Assembly: GCA_036489655.1 (NCBI GenBank)
Contig: DASXFH010000040.1
Span: 2,806 to 66,805 of the forward strand
Length of the DNA: 64,000 nt
Direction: 5' to 3'
DNA from: Acidobacteriaceae bacterium
GTDB taxonomy: Bacteria > Acidobacteriota > Terriglobia > Terriglobales > Acidobacteriaceae
Part shown: piece after piece, positions 27,407 through 38,354 of the stretch
How the letters are laid out: the number at the start of each line of letters is the position of its first letter
Numbering within the stretch: position 1 is the stretch's first letter
The notes under the pieces: model-generated
What the model saw: the letters and a program-made list of their open reading frames with translations, nothing else
Told to the model about the DNA's origin: nothing
Databases searched by the model: none
Made by a program: the position numbers and the translations under genes

Positions 27407-30058
27407 ATGTTCCGTCGCCGCCGCAGCGAATCCGACTTTGCCGAAGAAGTCCGCGCCCACCTCGAGCTCGAAGCCGACGACCTCCGCCAGGAAGGCCGCT
27501 CCCCCGACGAAGCCCGCTTCCAGGCCCACCGCACCTTCGGCAACGTCCGCGCCGCTCAGGAGAGCTTCTACCTCCGCCGCCGCTGGGCCTGGCTCGACCG
27601 TCTCCTCCGCGACCTCCGCTTCGGCCTGCGCTCCATGCGCCAGGCTCCCGGCTTCACCCTCACGGCCGTCCTCACCCTCGCTCTCGGTATCGGCGCCAAC
27701 ACCGCCGTCTTCAGCGTCATGAACGCCGTTCTCCTGCGCTCCCTCCCCGTCGCCGACCCCCAGCGTGTCGTCTATCTCGAGGACTCCGGCAGCCCCAACG
27801 GCACCGGCACCATCGATTCCCACGAGACCTTCTCCTACGCCGTCTACACCGCTCTCCGCCCGCCCAACGGCGCCCTCAGTGACCTCATGGCCGTCGGCCT
27901 GCTCTCCACGGATAAAATCGGCATCCGCATCGGCGCCCTCCCCGAGCAGGCCGAAGCCGACATGGTCTCGGGCAATTTCTTCAGCGGACTCGGTGTCCCT
28001 ATCCTCCGCGGACGCGGCTTCACTCCCCAGGACGAATCCACCAGCGCCTCCGTCCTCGTCCTCAGCTACGACTACTGGACCCGCCGCTTCGACCGCGACG
28101 CCGGCGTCCTGGGCAGCACCGTCTATGTCAAGAGCGTGCCCTTCACCGTCACCGGTATCGCAGCCGAGGGCTTCGAAGGCGTCGAGCCCACCCACTCCAC
28201 CGACTTCTGGATTCCCCTCCAGAACCGCCCCGAGTTCAACGTCCTCGGCAACCCTCCCGAGAAAGGCAAACTCTACCAGGCCGATCCCACCTGGTGGTGC
28301 CTCCGCCTCATCGCTCGGCTCGCTCCCGGCGTCAGCCGTGCCCAGGCCGTCGTCCGCCTCCAACCTGTCTTTGAGCACGCTTCCCGCATTGGCCTGGGCA
28401 ATCCCACGCCCGGCGAGCGCCCCGTCGTCCTCAGCCTCTCCGATGCCAAAGCTTTCGCCGGCTTCGAAGACCAGTACGGCAAGCCCCTGCACATGCTCAT
28501 GGCCATGGTGGGACTCGTCCTGCTCATCGCCCTGACCAACCTCATCATGCTGCTGATGTCCCGCAACGCCGCCCGCCAGCGCGAATTTTCCCTCCGGCTC
28601 GCCCTCGGCGCCCGCCCCGCGGAGCTCCTCCGCCAGCTCCTTACTGAATCCTTCCTGCTCGTCCTCCTGGGCGGCGCGTTAGCCTGGGCCTTTGCCGTGC
28701 TCGCCACGCGCGTCCTCGCCCGCTGGGCTCTCATTGAATCCAGCCTCGCCCCCGACCGCACCGTCCTTCTCTTCACCTGCGGCGTTCTTGCGCTTAGCGC
28801 AATCCTCCTCGGTATCGCCCCTTTCCGCACCGCCATCTCCGGCGGCGCCGAGCTCGCCCTCAAAACCTCAGCCGCCACCAGCCACACCGACGCCGGCAAA
28901 TCCCGCCTTGGCAAGTCCATCGTCACCGTCCAGATGGCGTTCTGCCTGGTCCTGCTCGTCGGTGCCGGCCTGCTGACTCGTACCCTCGTCAACCTCCGCA
29001 ATATCCCCCTCGGCATCAACACCACCGGCCTGGTCGTCTTCGGCCTCAATCCGCAAGCCGTCCACAATCAGCCGCAGCTCGTCCGCTTCTATCAGGAACT
29101 CCGGACCCGCCTCCGTGACCTGCCCGGCGTAGAATCCACCGCCGTCTCCTCCACCCGTCTCGGCTCCTGGTGGTCCAATAACAGCGACGTTATGGTTGAC
29201 GGAAAACACGGAGACGCACCCGACGGAAGCACCGTTCTCGTCCGCATGAATGACATCGGCCCCAACTTCTTCCATACCCTCCAGGTCCCCATCCTCCTCG
29301 GCCGCGAATTTACCGATGCCGACGGCGCGTCCGCACACCACGTCGCCGTTGTCAACCAGCTCTTCGCGCAGACGTTTTTCCCTCACGAGAGTCCTCTGGG
29401 ACACAAGGTCAACAACTTCACCATCATCGGCGTCGTCGCCAATCACAAATACCGCAGCATGAACGAAGATCCCATCCCCATGGCCTGGTGGGATTACGCC
29501 CAGGGCCCCGGCGAAGGCGAGATGACGGTGGAAATGCGGGTCCGCGGCGCCAACCCCCTGGCCATCCTGCCTTCCGTGCAGAAGACTGTCGCCCAGCTCG
29601 ACCCCAACACTCCTCTCATTCAGCCCACCCTCCAGCGCGAACAGTTCGAGCGCACCATCTCTCAGCAACTTCTCTTCGCCCGCCTCGCCGAATTCTTCGG
29701 ACTCCTCGCCATCGTCCTCGTCGCCACCGGCCTCTATGGAACCCTCTCCTACCGCGTCAACCGCCGCACCGCCGAAATCGGCGTCCGCATGGCCGTCGGC
29801 GCACGCCGCGCTCAGGTCCTCTGGATGATCCTGCGCGACACCCTCGTCCTCACCGCCATCGGCGTGGTCACCGGGCTTCCCCTCGCCTGGCTCACCGGAC
29901 GCGCCCTCGCCTCCTCCCTCTACGGCGTCCAGCCCCTCGATCCGCTCACATACCTGCTCGCCGTCGTCGGAGTCGCCCTCGTCGCCCTCGCCGCCGGAGC
30001 TCTCCCCGCCCATCGCGCCGCCAGCACCGACCCCCTCCAGGCCCTCCGCACTGAATAA
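27407..30058 (+). CDS. ADOP-family duplicated FtsX/MacB-like permease (no cognate ATPase adjacent)
   Basis: Characteristic N-terminus [47 protein letters not shown]. There are two FtsX-type 4-TM modules. The ATG lies 2 nt after the padR stop. Confidence 0.85.
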   Translation: MFRRRRSESDFAEEVRAHLELEADDLRQEGRSPDEARFQAHRTFGNVRAAQESFYLRRRWAWLDRLLRDLRFGLRSMRQAPGFTLTAVLTLALGIGANTAVFSVMNAVLLRSLPVADPQRVVYLEDSGSPNGTGTIDSHETFSYAVYTALRPPNGALSDLMAVGLLSTDKIGIRIGALPEQAEADMVSGNFFSGLGVPILRGRGFTPQDESTSASVLVLSYDYWTRRFDRDAGVLGSTVYVKSVPFTVTGIAAEGFEGVEPTHSTDFWIPLQNRPEFNVLGNPPEKGKLYQADPTWWCLRLIARLAPGVSRAQAVVRLQPVFEHASRIGLGNPTPGERPVVLSLSDAKAFAGFEDQYGKPLHMLMAMVGLVLLIALTNLIMLLMSRNAARQREFSLRLALGARPAELLRQLLTESFLLVLLGGALAWAFAVLATRVLARWALIESSLAPDRTVLLFTCGVLALSAILLGIAPFRTAISGGAELALKTSAATSHTDAGKSRLGKSIVTVQMAFCLVLLVGAGLLTRTLVNLRNIPLGINTTGLVVFGLNPQAVHNQPQLVRFYQELRTRLRDLPGVESTAVSSTRLGSWWSNNSDVMVDGKHGDAPDGSTVLVRMNDIGPNFFHTLQVPILLGREFTDADGASAHHVAVVNQLFAQTFFPHESPLGHKVNNFTIIGVVANHKYRSMNEDPIPMAWWDYAQGPGEGEMTVEMRVRGANPLAILPSVQKTVAQLDPNTPLIQPTLQREQFERTISQQLLFARLAEFFGLLAIVLVATGLYGTLSYRVNRRTAEIGVRMAVGARRAQVLWMILRDTLVLTAIGVVTGLPLAWLTGRALASSLYGVQPLDPLTYLLAVVGVALVALAAGALPAHRAASTDPLQALRTE

Positions 30059-30097
30059 AATGCCACCCGAGTCCAGCCAGGAAAGCCTCGCTGCCGG

Positions 30098-31453
30098 CTA
30101 CCGGCTAACATACCTCTCGCAGAACCGCAGATACTGCGCCCAGTCAAAATCCATCACGCTGTGCTCCCCGCTCCGAACGTGATAACTCACTCGCCCCAGC
30201 ACCGGCTCATTCACCTTCGGCCACGTCATCGTCGGCAGCCCGGACGATCCCAGAAATCGGTACACCCGCGTCACCGCCAGCGCCCCCAGAAATTCTCCCT
30301 GCGGATCGGCGTTCCCATCCAGAATCGCGCTCGCCACATACAGAGGCCGCGGCGCAATCAGCGCCAGCACCTCGTTCTGATCGAACGGCAAAGCCGCATC
30401 GCGCGCGTTGTACTGCTTGAAATTTTCGCAGAACCAGTATGGAAACCGCCTATTCAGCAACTCCACAGTCTCCCCGTGCACGTCGTGGAACACCTTCGCC
30501 CCGCCCGCGCCTGACTCATTGCTGATCACCGCGGCAAATCGAGGGTCGGTCGCTCCCGCCCATATGGCCGCCTTGCCCAGACGCGACCACCCAAACGCAA
30601 CCACATGCCGCCCGTCGACCCGCCCATCCTGCTCCAGATAATCCAGCGCCCGGCTCATCGCCCACGACCACGCCGCAATTGTCGAAAAATTGTCGCCGCC
30701 CTGCGCCAGCTCCGGCCAGGCGCTGCGAATACTCTCCGCATATCCATTGCTCCGGTCCGGATCGATGTCGCCCCGGTACCCCGTCGCCAGCGCATACCCC
30801 GCATCCAGAATCCGCTCCACCGGCCAGCGCTTCCCATCGATCCCCCGGCAGGCCTCGGTCGCGCGGTGGTCCTTCACGCACGACAAATCAAGGTAAGGAT
30901 TGCGCCCGGACTCCACCCACCGATCCGACATCCGAATTCCAGGATCGCGGCTGACCGTTTCATTTCCCCAGAAGTTCAACCCCAGAATCACCGGGGGCCG
31001 CTTCACACTATTCGGCACATACAGCAGCAGATTCATCCGCGGCCCGTCTGCTTTTCCCTGAAACAGAATCCTCACCTGCTCGCGGGTCGCCTTGCCGCCC
31101 AGGGCCTTCCGATCCACATCGAATACCTCAAACCGCATCGCCGCCGGCCGCCCCGGCATCCGTCCATACATCTGCTCCGTAAAGAGCTGCAGCAGTTCCT
31201 GTCTTCGCTCCGGCCACTCGGCCGGCGTGGCCACCGGCTTCCCAGTCGCAAACACCAGCGGCTCCGGCAAATGCGCGGGCATCACCGGCTGCCGGCCCTG
31301 ATCTGGATTCGTCTGCGCCAGCGCTCCCGCCGTCAGCATCAGCACGCACGCCACTGCCACTCTCACCGCTGTCCTTCTGCTCCTGCCCCCACTCGACCCC
31401 CATGCTGTCCCTTGGCACAGGCCTGCATCCATCATCCTCATCGCCCCCTCCAC
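30098..31453 (-). CDS. Exported alpha/beta-hydrolase, glucuronoyl-esterase (CE15)-like
   Basis: The G-x-S-R-x-G-K nucleophile motif (FGWSRLGKAA) matches the CE15 GCSRxG pattern. LALIAPRPLYV is also present, along with a signal-like N-terminus. The family call is from motif memory only. Confidence 0.55.
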   Translation of the reverse strand: MEGAMRMMDAGLCQGTAWGSSGGRSRRTAVRVAVACVLMLTAGALAQTNPDQGRQPVMPAHLPEPLVFATGKPVATPAEWPERRQELLQLFTEQMYGRMPGRPAAMRFEVFDVDRKALGGKATREQVRILFQGKADGPRMNLLLYVPNSVKRPPVILGLNFWGNETVSRDPGIRMSDRWVESGRNPYLDLSCVKDHRATEACRGIDGKRWPVERILDAGYALATGYRGDIDPDRSNGYAESIRSAWPELAQGGDNFSTIAAWSWAMSRALDYLEQDGRVDGRHVVAFGWSRLGKAAIWAGATDPRFAAVISNESGAGGAKVFHDVHGETVELLNRRFPYWFCENFKQYNARDAALPFDQNEVLALIAPRPLYVASAILDGNADPQGEFLGALAVTRVYRFLGSSGLPTMTWPKVNEPVLGRVSYHVRSGEHSVMDFDWAQYLRFCERYVSR

Positions 31454-31912
31454 TCAGCCCACCATCATAGCCGCGCCCAGCCAGACGCCGATTGCCTGCG
31501 GCAAGCACATGTTCCTGCTGCGCTTTCTGCCTGTTTCGCCGTCGTCTCAATGTCGTCTCGATGTTGTGCTGCAATGGCCTTGGACGGGGCCGTCAACGAA
31601 AGAATCAAAGTCCGCGGCCTCGCGATCCCGGGCGGCAAGAGCCAGGTTTCGCACCCTCGAGCCGTTTCGCGCTGCTCCACCAGCCTTCTCCGAGGCATTC
31701 ACATCGGCAACGCCGAAGCCTGTCGTGGCTTAGAAAAGCTGTGCAGAGGCCGCTCCTCTGGAGTATTCTTTTTTTTCCATCGATCCAGAACGAAGTGTCT
31801 GTCCTTCGCTGAGATTTGCTGCATTAGCTGTTCCGGCTCCGGGTCAGGCTAACCCAACGTGGCGATCCCAAAGCTCACGGGAAATTGCCACACTTGTAAG
31901 GAGGCGTCTCTG

Positions 31913-33634
31913 TTGCTCACTATGTCTTCCCGCCCGCGTTCTTTGCAGGGCACGATCCAGTCGAATCTGCTCGCTCGTCACCCGAGCCTTCCTCTCTCCG
32001 ATCCGCAAGACCCTCATCTGGATTCACCCGCCTCAACGGTCTTCAGGCACCATCTCTCAGCGCCCCGCATTCCCGCTTCTTCCACGCTGCGGACCCTCGC
32101 GCAGTTCAGCCTTCCCTTCGGTCTCGGGCTTGCCTTGCTGGGCTGCGGCTCCTCCGGACCGCAACTTGCGGGAACGGTTTCTACGACGGCCAATCCCCAG
32201 GTCGCTAAATATACGATCCAGACCAACGGCGAAGCCACGGTCTCGGTCTCCTTCGGCAAGACCACCGCTTACGGCTTCAAAACAGGCACGAGCTACATCT
32301 CCGCCCCCGGTGGAACCGTGACCATCTATGTGGCCGGCATGCTCGGCAATACCGTCTACCACATGCAGGCCACCGCGCAGTATTCCAACGGAAAAACTTT
32401 CGTCGATACGGACCACACGTTCAAGACCGGCGCCTACGACCCTGCCAGTCTGCCCACTGTGGCCGCCACCACCCTGCCCGGGCAAACCCCGCAGCCCGGC
32501 ATCGAGATGCTGAATCCGGTCACCGGTACGACCCAGATCCTGGCGGTCGACCTCTCCGGCAACGTGATCTGGGCCTACAATCCAGGAAGCGTTGGTGGCG
32601 CTTCCTGGACGGCGCCCAAGCTGTTGCCCAACGGGGATTTCATCGCCCTGGCTTCGATCTCCTCCTCCAAAGTGCTGACCACTACGGTACCCCCGAACGC
32701 CGCCAACCTGGTCCGGGAGTTTGACCTTGCCGGCAATACCGTCAAGCAAATCACCATGGCCCAGTTGAACTCGGAGCTGTCTGCAAAGGGCTACAACCTC
32801 ACTCTATTCGTCTTCTCACATGACATAACCGTGCTCCCCAACGGCCACTGGCTCGTGCTCGCGAATACCGAAAAGAACGTAGTCCTCACCGGCGCTACCA
32901 CTCCGACAACCGTTCTCGGCGACGTGATTGTCGATCTGGACGAAAATCTCCAGCCCGTCTGGGTCTGGAACGAATTCGACCACCTCGATGTGAATCGCCA
33001 TCCCTGGAACTTCCCCGACTGGACTCATACCAATGCCGTAATCTACGCCCCCAGCGACGGCAATCTGCTGGTCTCCATCCGCCACCAGAACTGGATCGTG
33101 AAGGTCGACTATGAAAACGGCGCCGGCAGCGGCAATATTCTCTGGCGGCTGGGTGCGGGCGGCGATTTCAAGCTGGTGGGCGGCACCGACCCCACCGACT
33201 GGAACTACGCCCAGCACGGGATCAGCTTTGCCTCCAGCTATTCGGCTGGGGTCTTTCCTCTCGCTGTCATGGATAACGGCGATGACCGCCTCTATCCCGG
33301 AGATACCACCAACCCTCTCTGCGGCACGAATGGGGTACCTTCCTGCTACAGCTCTGTCCCGATCTTCAACATCGACGAGAGCGCAAAAACAGCCACTCTT
33401 ACCTTCCACGACATCCTCCCCGCTAGTCAGTACAACCCGTGGGGCGGCAACGCAGAAGTCCTTGCGAACGGAGACGTGGAATACGACGTGGCTTCCTACT
33501 ACACTTCCGATTCGGTGGTGTCTGAGATCACCGACCAGCCCACGCCACAGACCGTCTGGCACCTGCTGATGACCAACAATAATATGTACCGGGCCTATCG
33601 CCTGCCCAGCCTCTATCCAGGCGTCCAGTGGTAG
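31913..33634 (+). CDS. Arylsulfotransferase (ASST)-like beta-propeller lipoprotein
   Basis: Lipobox LALLGCGSS. ASST-like strings: HDITVLPNGHWLVL, DWTHTNAVIYAPSDGNLLVSIRHQNWIVKVDY and NYAQHGISF. AAGGAGG at 31898-31904 favours TTG 31913 as the start; ATG 31922 is the alternative. Confidence 0.55.
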   Translation: MLTMSSRPRSLQGTIQSNLLARHPSLPLSDPQDPHLDSPASTVFRHHLSAPRIPASSTLRTLAQFSLPFGLGLALLGCGSSGPQLAGTVSTTANPQVAKYTIQTNGEATVSVSFGKTTAYGFKTGTSYISAPGGTVTIYVAGMLGNTVYHMQATAQYSNGKTFVDTDHTFKTGAYDPASLPTVAATTLPGQTPQPGIEMLNPVTGTTQILAVDLSGNVIWAYNPGSVGGASWTAPKLLPNGDFIALASISSSKVLTTTVPPNAANLVREFDLAGNTVKQITMAQLNSELSAKGYNLTLFVFSHDITVLPNGHWLVLANTEKNVVLTGATTPTTVLGDVIVDLDENLQPVWVWNEFDHLDVNRHPWNFPDWTHTNAVIYAPSDGNLLVSIRHQNWIVKVDYENGAGSGNILWRLGAGGDFKLVGGTDPTDWNYAQHGISFASSYSAGVFPLAVMDNGDDRLYPGDTTNPLCGTNGVPSCYSSVPIFNIDESAKTATLTFHDILPASQYNPWGGNAEVLANGDVEYDVASYYTSDSVVSEITDQPTPQTVWHLLMTNNNMYRAYRLPSLYPGVQW

Positions 33635-33641
33635 TTCGATG

Positions 33642-33674
33642 GGGCTGGGTCATGAGCCAGTCATGACCCAGCCC
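33642..33674. terminator. Perfect 14-bp stem / 5-nt loop hairpin between convergent genes
   Basis: GGGCTGGGTCATGA-gccag-TCATGACCCAGCCC starts 8 nt after the ASST-like stop. There is no U-tract, so it may act bidirectionally or as an RNA-stability element. Confidence 0.5.
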
Positions 33675-33796
33675 ACCGCGCCCCATCTGTTCAATCGACC
33701 TTTCAACTGCTGCAACTAAGTACCGGGCAGCTTGGATGCGATCACGTACCCTTCGCATTCGAAGACAACATAACTCCCCGAGGCCGCACCGATACC

Positions 33797-35060
33797 CTAG
33801 GGATAGACAGGATTATTATTACTCGGATCCACTGGGTACGGACTGGTCCATGCGGCCTGTCCGGTAGACACCGAGTAGAGGGCGTTTCGTTCGGGTGAAT
33901 AAATCGTGTCCGAATCGATTGGCTGAACTATCCATAACTCCGGCAGCGCGGGTGTGCCCACAATGGCGCCGGTTGGACTATAGATCGTAGCGCCTGTATA
34001 CACCGGCCCCGGAGTGTTGTCCGCGTACGCATTCACCAGCAGGCGATCATTATCGATCCACCCCGCCTGCACGTGGCTTCACCGTCTCGTGGAGCCGTTC
34101 CAGATGCCCCCATATATTCTCCCAACCCTCCCAGCCTTCGCCATTGAAGAAGGCGTATTGCAGATCATCGGTCTTACTGCGTGCCCACCGATCGGAGATG
34201 TTGACCATGTGCTCCGGTTCCAGCCAGCGGAAACGATCGACCACGGGCACATACTCAAAGTCGTAATGCCCTGCAGTTCAGTACGTCCCAGCTATCGCTT
34301 TCGTCTGACGGGCGCCTTCCTGCCTGAAAGCAAGTGGATGACCGACCCGCACCAATGCCATGACAAAAGAGAGCGGCACACCCTCCTGGGTATCGCCATT
34401 CACACCGTCTGCGTCAATCTCTTTCATCTCGTTGGCAAGCGCCACCGGCCAGGATTCGCTCGGGTTGCGAGTACCCTGGTCCCACATCATCATCGGAAAC
34501 AGCACCCTGACACCGCGGCGATGAAAATCCTCCACCATCTGCCGCACACCGGCGTAACCTCCGGGCATAGACTTCACCATGTCCAGCTGATTGCGCGCAT
34601 CGATACCCCATGTTAGGTAAGTGATAAGTACGGCGTCGATGCCGCCGTAGCGAGTATCCAGATCCTTCAGATACTTGTCGACGGTGTATTGATGGGCAGC
34701 CGGATCGTAGAAGTAGCGATCGTGCACCATCATTTGCGGCTGCATGAAGTCTGTGTGGATCCATTGCAGGGCTGGCAACTTTTAAAATCGGGAAGAGGAT
34801 CCAGAGGCTCAGGTGTCATTCCCTGCCGGATGCGTCGCTCGAAGCGCCAGTGGGAGGCGTCCCGCAACCAGCTCAGATAACTATCCGGCGTGCACGGCGT
34901 GCTGCCGCCTTCCCAGGCGCCGCGATGCAGCAGGCATGGAGGGGGAGAGATTGGTTCGCCCATGGGCCGGAAATTGCGTGCTGGCACACAGGGCGACATC
35001 ACGGCTGCGCTTGTCGCACACAATGAGCTTCACAACGGACTTGCTCACGGTCATCTTCAT
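33797..35060 (-). pseudogene. Decayed glycoside-hydrolase-like gene broken into at least 5 reading-frame pieces
   Basis: Consecutive minus-strand fragments share one gene order but sit in different frames. They are MKMTVSKSVVKLIVCDKRS (from 35060), 34730..35023, 34278..34778, 34050..34250 and 33797..34072. One junction is a T4A4 run at 34781-34788, where ...DPLPDFK / LPALQWIHTDF would join with a 1-nt indel. Confidence 0.6.
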
Positions 35061-35212
35061 TCTCCAATAGCGACAATGAATCGTTTCATTTCAGGACTCG
35101 AAACTAGACAACATCTGCGTGCATGTCGAGGGGCCTCTTGTTTCAGAGTTACGGGAATATTGACATGAGGAAACGCCAGACAGCAGAGCGTCAGTAGTGG
35201 CCGAAACGGTCT

Positions 35213-36088
35213 TCACGCATGTTCGAGCGCGCGAATTCGATTCGCTCGCTGAATCACCTGCATCGCGCGCTTCAAGTCGGCGGCGTCAACCATCCGTCCA
35301 TCCAGCGCCCGTGCCCCGGAACCCGTAGGACCAGCTTCTTCGGCGGTTTTCACGATGCGCCACGCTTCGGCGGTCTCGTCTTCACTGGGAGAGAACATCC
35401 GGTTGGCCGCAGCAATCTGAGCTGGATGAATACAGCTCTTCCCGGAGAAACCTAAATTGCGCGCCGCCGCGGCTTCACGCATAAATCCTTCGGCGTTGAT
35501 GAAGTCAGAAAAGGCGCTGTCAAAGCAGCGCAGGCCGGCTTCGGCCGCCGCCAAACGCAAGCGGAAGCGCACCTGCTGCGCCGCATCCGCATCGTCGGGC
35601 CTGACTCCCAGAGACCCGAATAAGTCCGCCAGCCCGAGTTGTAGTCCCGCTACTCTGGGGCTGCTCTCTGCGATCTCCTTCGCCAGCCGCAGTCCTCGTG
35701 GCGTCTCGATCGTGGGGAGGATGGCAATCGGCTCCTTCAGGTCGCGTTCCCTCTCCAGCCGGCTAAGCTCCCACGCAGCCTCTCGGACCTCGTCGGGATT
35801 GCCCACCTTAGGAAGAACCAGGACAGCAAGCACAGGAGATACGGTGACACGCAGATCCTTCGCAAACTCACCGCTGCCAACAGGATTCGAGCGCACCATC
35901 ACAACTTTGTTGGTTTGTAACTCGCTGAACAGGTCGTGCAGATGCTCCCGCGCGTCTTCGCGCCGTGCGGGCAAGACACTGTCTTCCAGATCCCAGCAAA
36001 TCGCGTCCGCCTGAGAGGCCAACGCCTTCGGAAAGAATTCAGGACGGCTTGCCGGAACAAACAGCTTGCTCCGCATCAGATCGATCAT
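35213..36088 (-). CDS. HpcH/HpaI aldolase / citrate lyase beta subunit (CitE)-like acyl-CoA lyase
   Basis: Motifs SKLFVPASRPEFFPKA, DAICWDLEDSV, IETPRG and GKSCIHPAQI. The start overlaps the CoA-transferase stop. Confidence 0.8.
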   Translation of the reverse strand: MIDLMRSKLFVPASRPEFFPKALASQADAICWDLEDSVLPARREDAREHLHDLFSELQTNKVVMVRSNPVGSGEFAKDLRVTVSPVLAVLVLPKVGNPDEVREAAWELSRLERERDLKEPIAILPTIETPRGLRLAKEIAESSPRVAGLQLGLADLFGSLGVRPDDADAAQQVRFRLRLAAAEAGLRCFDSAFSDFINAEGFMREAAAARNLGFSGKSCIHPAQIAAANRMFSPSEDETAEAWRIVKTAEEAGPTGSGARALDGRMVDAADLKRAMQVIQRANRIRALEHA

Positions 36089-37323
36089 CGCTGCACCACT
36101 CCCGTCTTTACCGCTCCTGAGCGCTCCAGCTCGGCAATTTTTTCGTCACTGTAGCCGGCGCTTTGCAAGGCTTCCCTCGTGTGTTCGCCCAGCGCCGGGG
36201 CCGCCGCGTGGAAATTACCGGGGGTCAGTCCGAAACGCGGAGAGATCGTGTGGACCGGCACGCTTTCCATTTCGTCATCGGGAAGTTCCACCACAATATC
36301 CCGCTCATGAAAATGAGCATCATCGCTGATATCCGCCATGTCATATACCGGCCCCAGGGTAACGGCACGATCGGCAAAGTAAGCGACGCACTCCGCCTGC
36401 GTTTTCTGCCCAATGAATTCCCGAATAATTCGGTCCAGCGCGTCAACGTTGCGCAGACGGGCCGCGTTGTCATGGAAGCGGTCATCGTTCACGAGATCGG
36501 GGCGGCCCATAGCTTCGAACAACCGCTCTGCCATGCCCTGCGTGGATGCAGAGAGGCAGACCCACTTTCCATCTTCCGTGGGATAGACGTTTCGGGGTGC
36601 GCTGTTCGTGGAGCGGCTGCCGGTTCTGGGCTTCACCTGGCGCGTCAGTCGATAGTTCGCAGCCTGCGGGCCAAGGATCGCGAACAGCGGATCGAGCAGA
36701 GGCACATCGATCACCTGTCCCGCACCGGCACCCACTTCAACGTGGCGCAGCGCTGCCAGCACGCCCGTCGCCCCATACATGCCAGCAACCATATCTCCCA
36801 GATAAATGGGCGGCAGGGCCGGCTCGCGATCGGCGAATCCGTTCATCGAGGCAAAGCCTGACATGCCTTCCACGAGCGTCCCAAACCCGGGACGATCGCG
36901 GTAGGGCCCACTCTGCCCCCATCCTGAGATTCTGGCTATCACCAGTTGCGGATTGCGCGCAAGGAGAACCGGCGGAGCAAGGCCCATCTTCTCCAGGATA
37001 CCGGGACGAAAGCTCTCCACCAGCACACTGGACTGCGCCGCGAGATCCTGGAGGACGTTCTGCGCCTCCGCATGATGAAAGTCCAGGCAGAGGCTTTTCT
37101 TGTTACGGCTGTAGGCTTTCCAGGCAGTCGATATCCCGGCAACTTTCCAGTGGCGCAGCGTGTCGCCCGAAGGAGGCTCGACCTTCAGAACGTCAGCGCC
37201 CAGGTCCGCCAGCACCATGGTGAGCGTGTTCCCGGCAACCAGGCGCGACAGATCCAAGACCTTCACGCCCAGAAGAGGGCCGGCAGCATGGGGTTCGAGT
37301 TCGATCCGTTTGAACATCGCCAT
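36085..37323 (-). CDS. Family III CoA-transferase (CaiB/BaiF-like)
   Basis: Motifs GPLLGVKVLDLSRLVAGNTLTMVLADLGADVLKVEPP and NKKSLCLDF, plus the family-typical length. Confidence 0.85.
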   Translation of the reverse strand: MAMFKRIELEPHAAGPLLGVKVLDLSRLVAGNTLTMVLADLGADVLKVEPPSGDTLRHWKVAGISTAWKAYSRNKKSLCLDFHHAEAQNVLQDLAAQSSVLVESFRPGILEKMGLAPPVLLARNPQLVIARISGWGQSGPYRDRPGFGTLVEGMSGFASMNGFADREPALPPIYLGDMVAGMYGATGVLAALRHVEVGAGAGQVIDVPLLDPLFAILGPQAANYRLTRQVKPRTGSRSTNSAPRNVYPTEDGKWVCLSASTQGMAERLFEAMGRPDLVNDDRFHDNAARLRNVDALDRIIREFIGQKTQAECVAYFADRAVTLGPVYDMADISDDAHFHERDIVVELPDDEMESVPVHTISPRFGLTPGNFHAAAPALGEHTREALQSAGYSDEKIAELERSGAVKTGVVQR

Positions 37324-37409
37324 CCATTCCGGTCCTTGACAAGCAGAGCTGCGGGCCATGTAGGCTCGACGTGAATGCTTTCAAGCTACCACGACCCTCA
37401 GGAGAGAAG

Positions 37410-38354
37410 ATGCAGAAGATCCTGAACCTCGCTCTGGCCGCTGTTTTTCTGAATTGCCTTTTCATCACAGCGACGCTCTCAGCAGCGACGACCGCTCCGC
37501 AAATGATGCAGGTTCGCTCCTTTACTCATCACGGTTACAACCGCCCCTATCTCATCTACCGCCCTGTGCACGCGCCTCGCGCGCCGGCCGTCGTGGTGAT
37601 GCTCGGCGGCATTACCAGCACCGCCCAGTCGGCTTCACAGGAATTTGGCTGGACCGCACTGGCCGACCGATACGGTTTCCTTGTCGTGTTCCCCGATCCG
37701 GTCAGGACCAATCTGACGCAGCCGCCGAACAAGGAAAAGAACATCACCTTCTGGGAAATGCGGGGTTCGCGCACACATATTCTCGCCCCCGGTGCGCCGG
37801 CTGTCGATGACGATGGCTACCTTATAGCTGTACTCAACGGCGTCGTGCACCGCGACCACCCCGACCGAAGCCGCATCTTCTTTGCCGGATTCTCCAGCGG
37901 GTCCGGCATGGCACAGCTGTTCGCCTCTCGCCACCCGGAGATAGTCAGCGGCGTCGTTGCCGTCGCCACTCCGCTGATGGATCCACCGGTTCAGCTTGCA
38001 CGGCCTGTACCCATTCTCTACATCCACGGGGATAAAGACGAGTCATTCACCGGATTCGAAACCCACAGTCCGAATTTCGCAACCACTCCGCATGGAAACT
38101 GGATGACCTGGGGCTATCTCGACGGGTGCCAAAAACAGACGGCGAAAAAGACGGCGTGGGGCGTGCAGTTCTCGTGGGAAGGATGCAGAGAGGGTGTCCG
38201 TGTGATCGCCGATTTTGTCGCCGGGGTAGGCCATGAATGGGAGGGCAGCCGTTCGTGGGACCGCCATGGACTCCAGGCTCCGGCACCCCTCGACTTTACC
38301 GACGCGGCCTGGCAGTTCCTTGCCAACATACATCCCCACGAATCCACTCGCTGA
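37410..38354 (+). CDS. Exported esterase, PHB-depolymerase/LpqC-like alpha/beta hydrolase
   Basis: Signal peptide MQKILNLALAAVFLNCLFITATLSA and the G-x-S-x-G motif (FAGFSSGSGMA). RBS GGAGAG lies before ATG 37410. Confidence 0.65.
   Translation: MQKILNLALAAVFLNCLFITATLSAATTAPQMMQVRSFTHHGYNRPYLIYRPVHAPRAPAVVVMLGGITSTAQSASQEFGWTALADRYGFLVVFPDPVRTNLTQPPNKEKNITFWEMRGSRTHILAPGAPAVDDDGYLIAVLNGVVHRDHPDRSRIFFAGFSSGSGMAQLFASRHPEIVSGVVAVATPLMDPPVQLARPVPILYIHGDKDESFTGFETHSPNFATTPHGNWMTWGYLDGCQKQTAKKTAWGVQFSWEGCREGVRVIADFVAGVGHEWEGSRSWDRHGLQAPAPLDFTDAAWQFLANIHPHESTR

Noticed and set aside
31744-31776. Hairpin CAGAGG-ccgct-CCTCTG followed by a T8 run, as an intrinsic terminator or sRNA 3' end in the divergent intergenic region.
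   Set aside because: The T-tract starts 8 nt after a weak 6-bp stem, and no plus-strand gene ends upstream. It is more likely AT-rich promoter or UP-element DNA for the 31913 gene.
31550-31852. A Cys-rich ORF tail (MSSRCCAAMALDGAVNERIKVRG...EICCISCSGSGSG) as a possible RiPP-like precursor.
   Set aside because: It has no RBS and runs through the T8 tract. Codon bias is mixed and no modifying enzymes are nearby. There is not enough support to call it.
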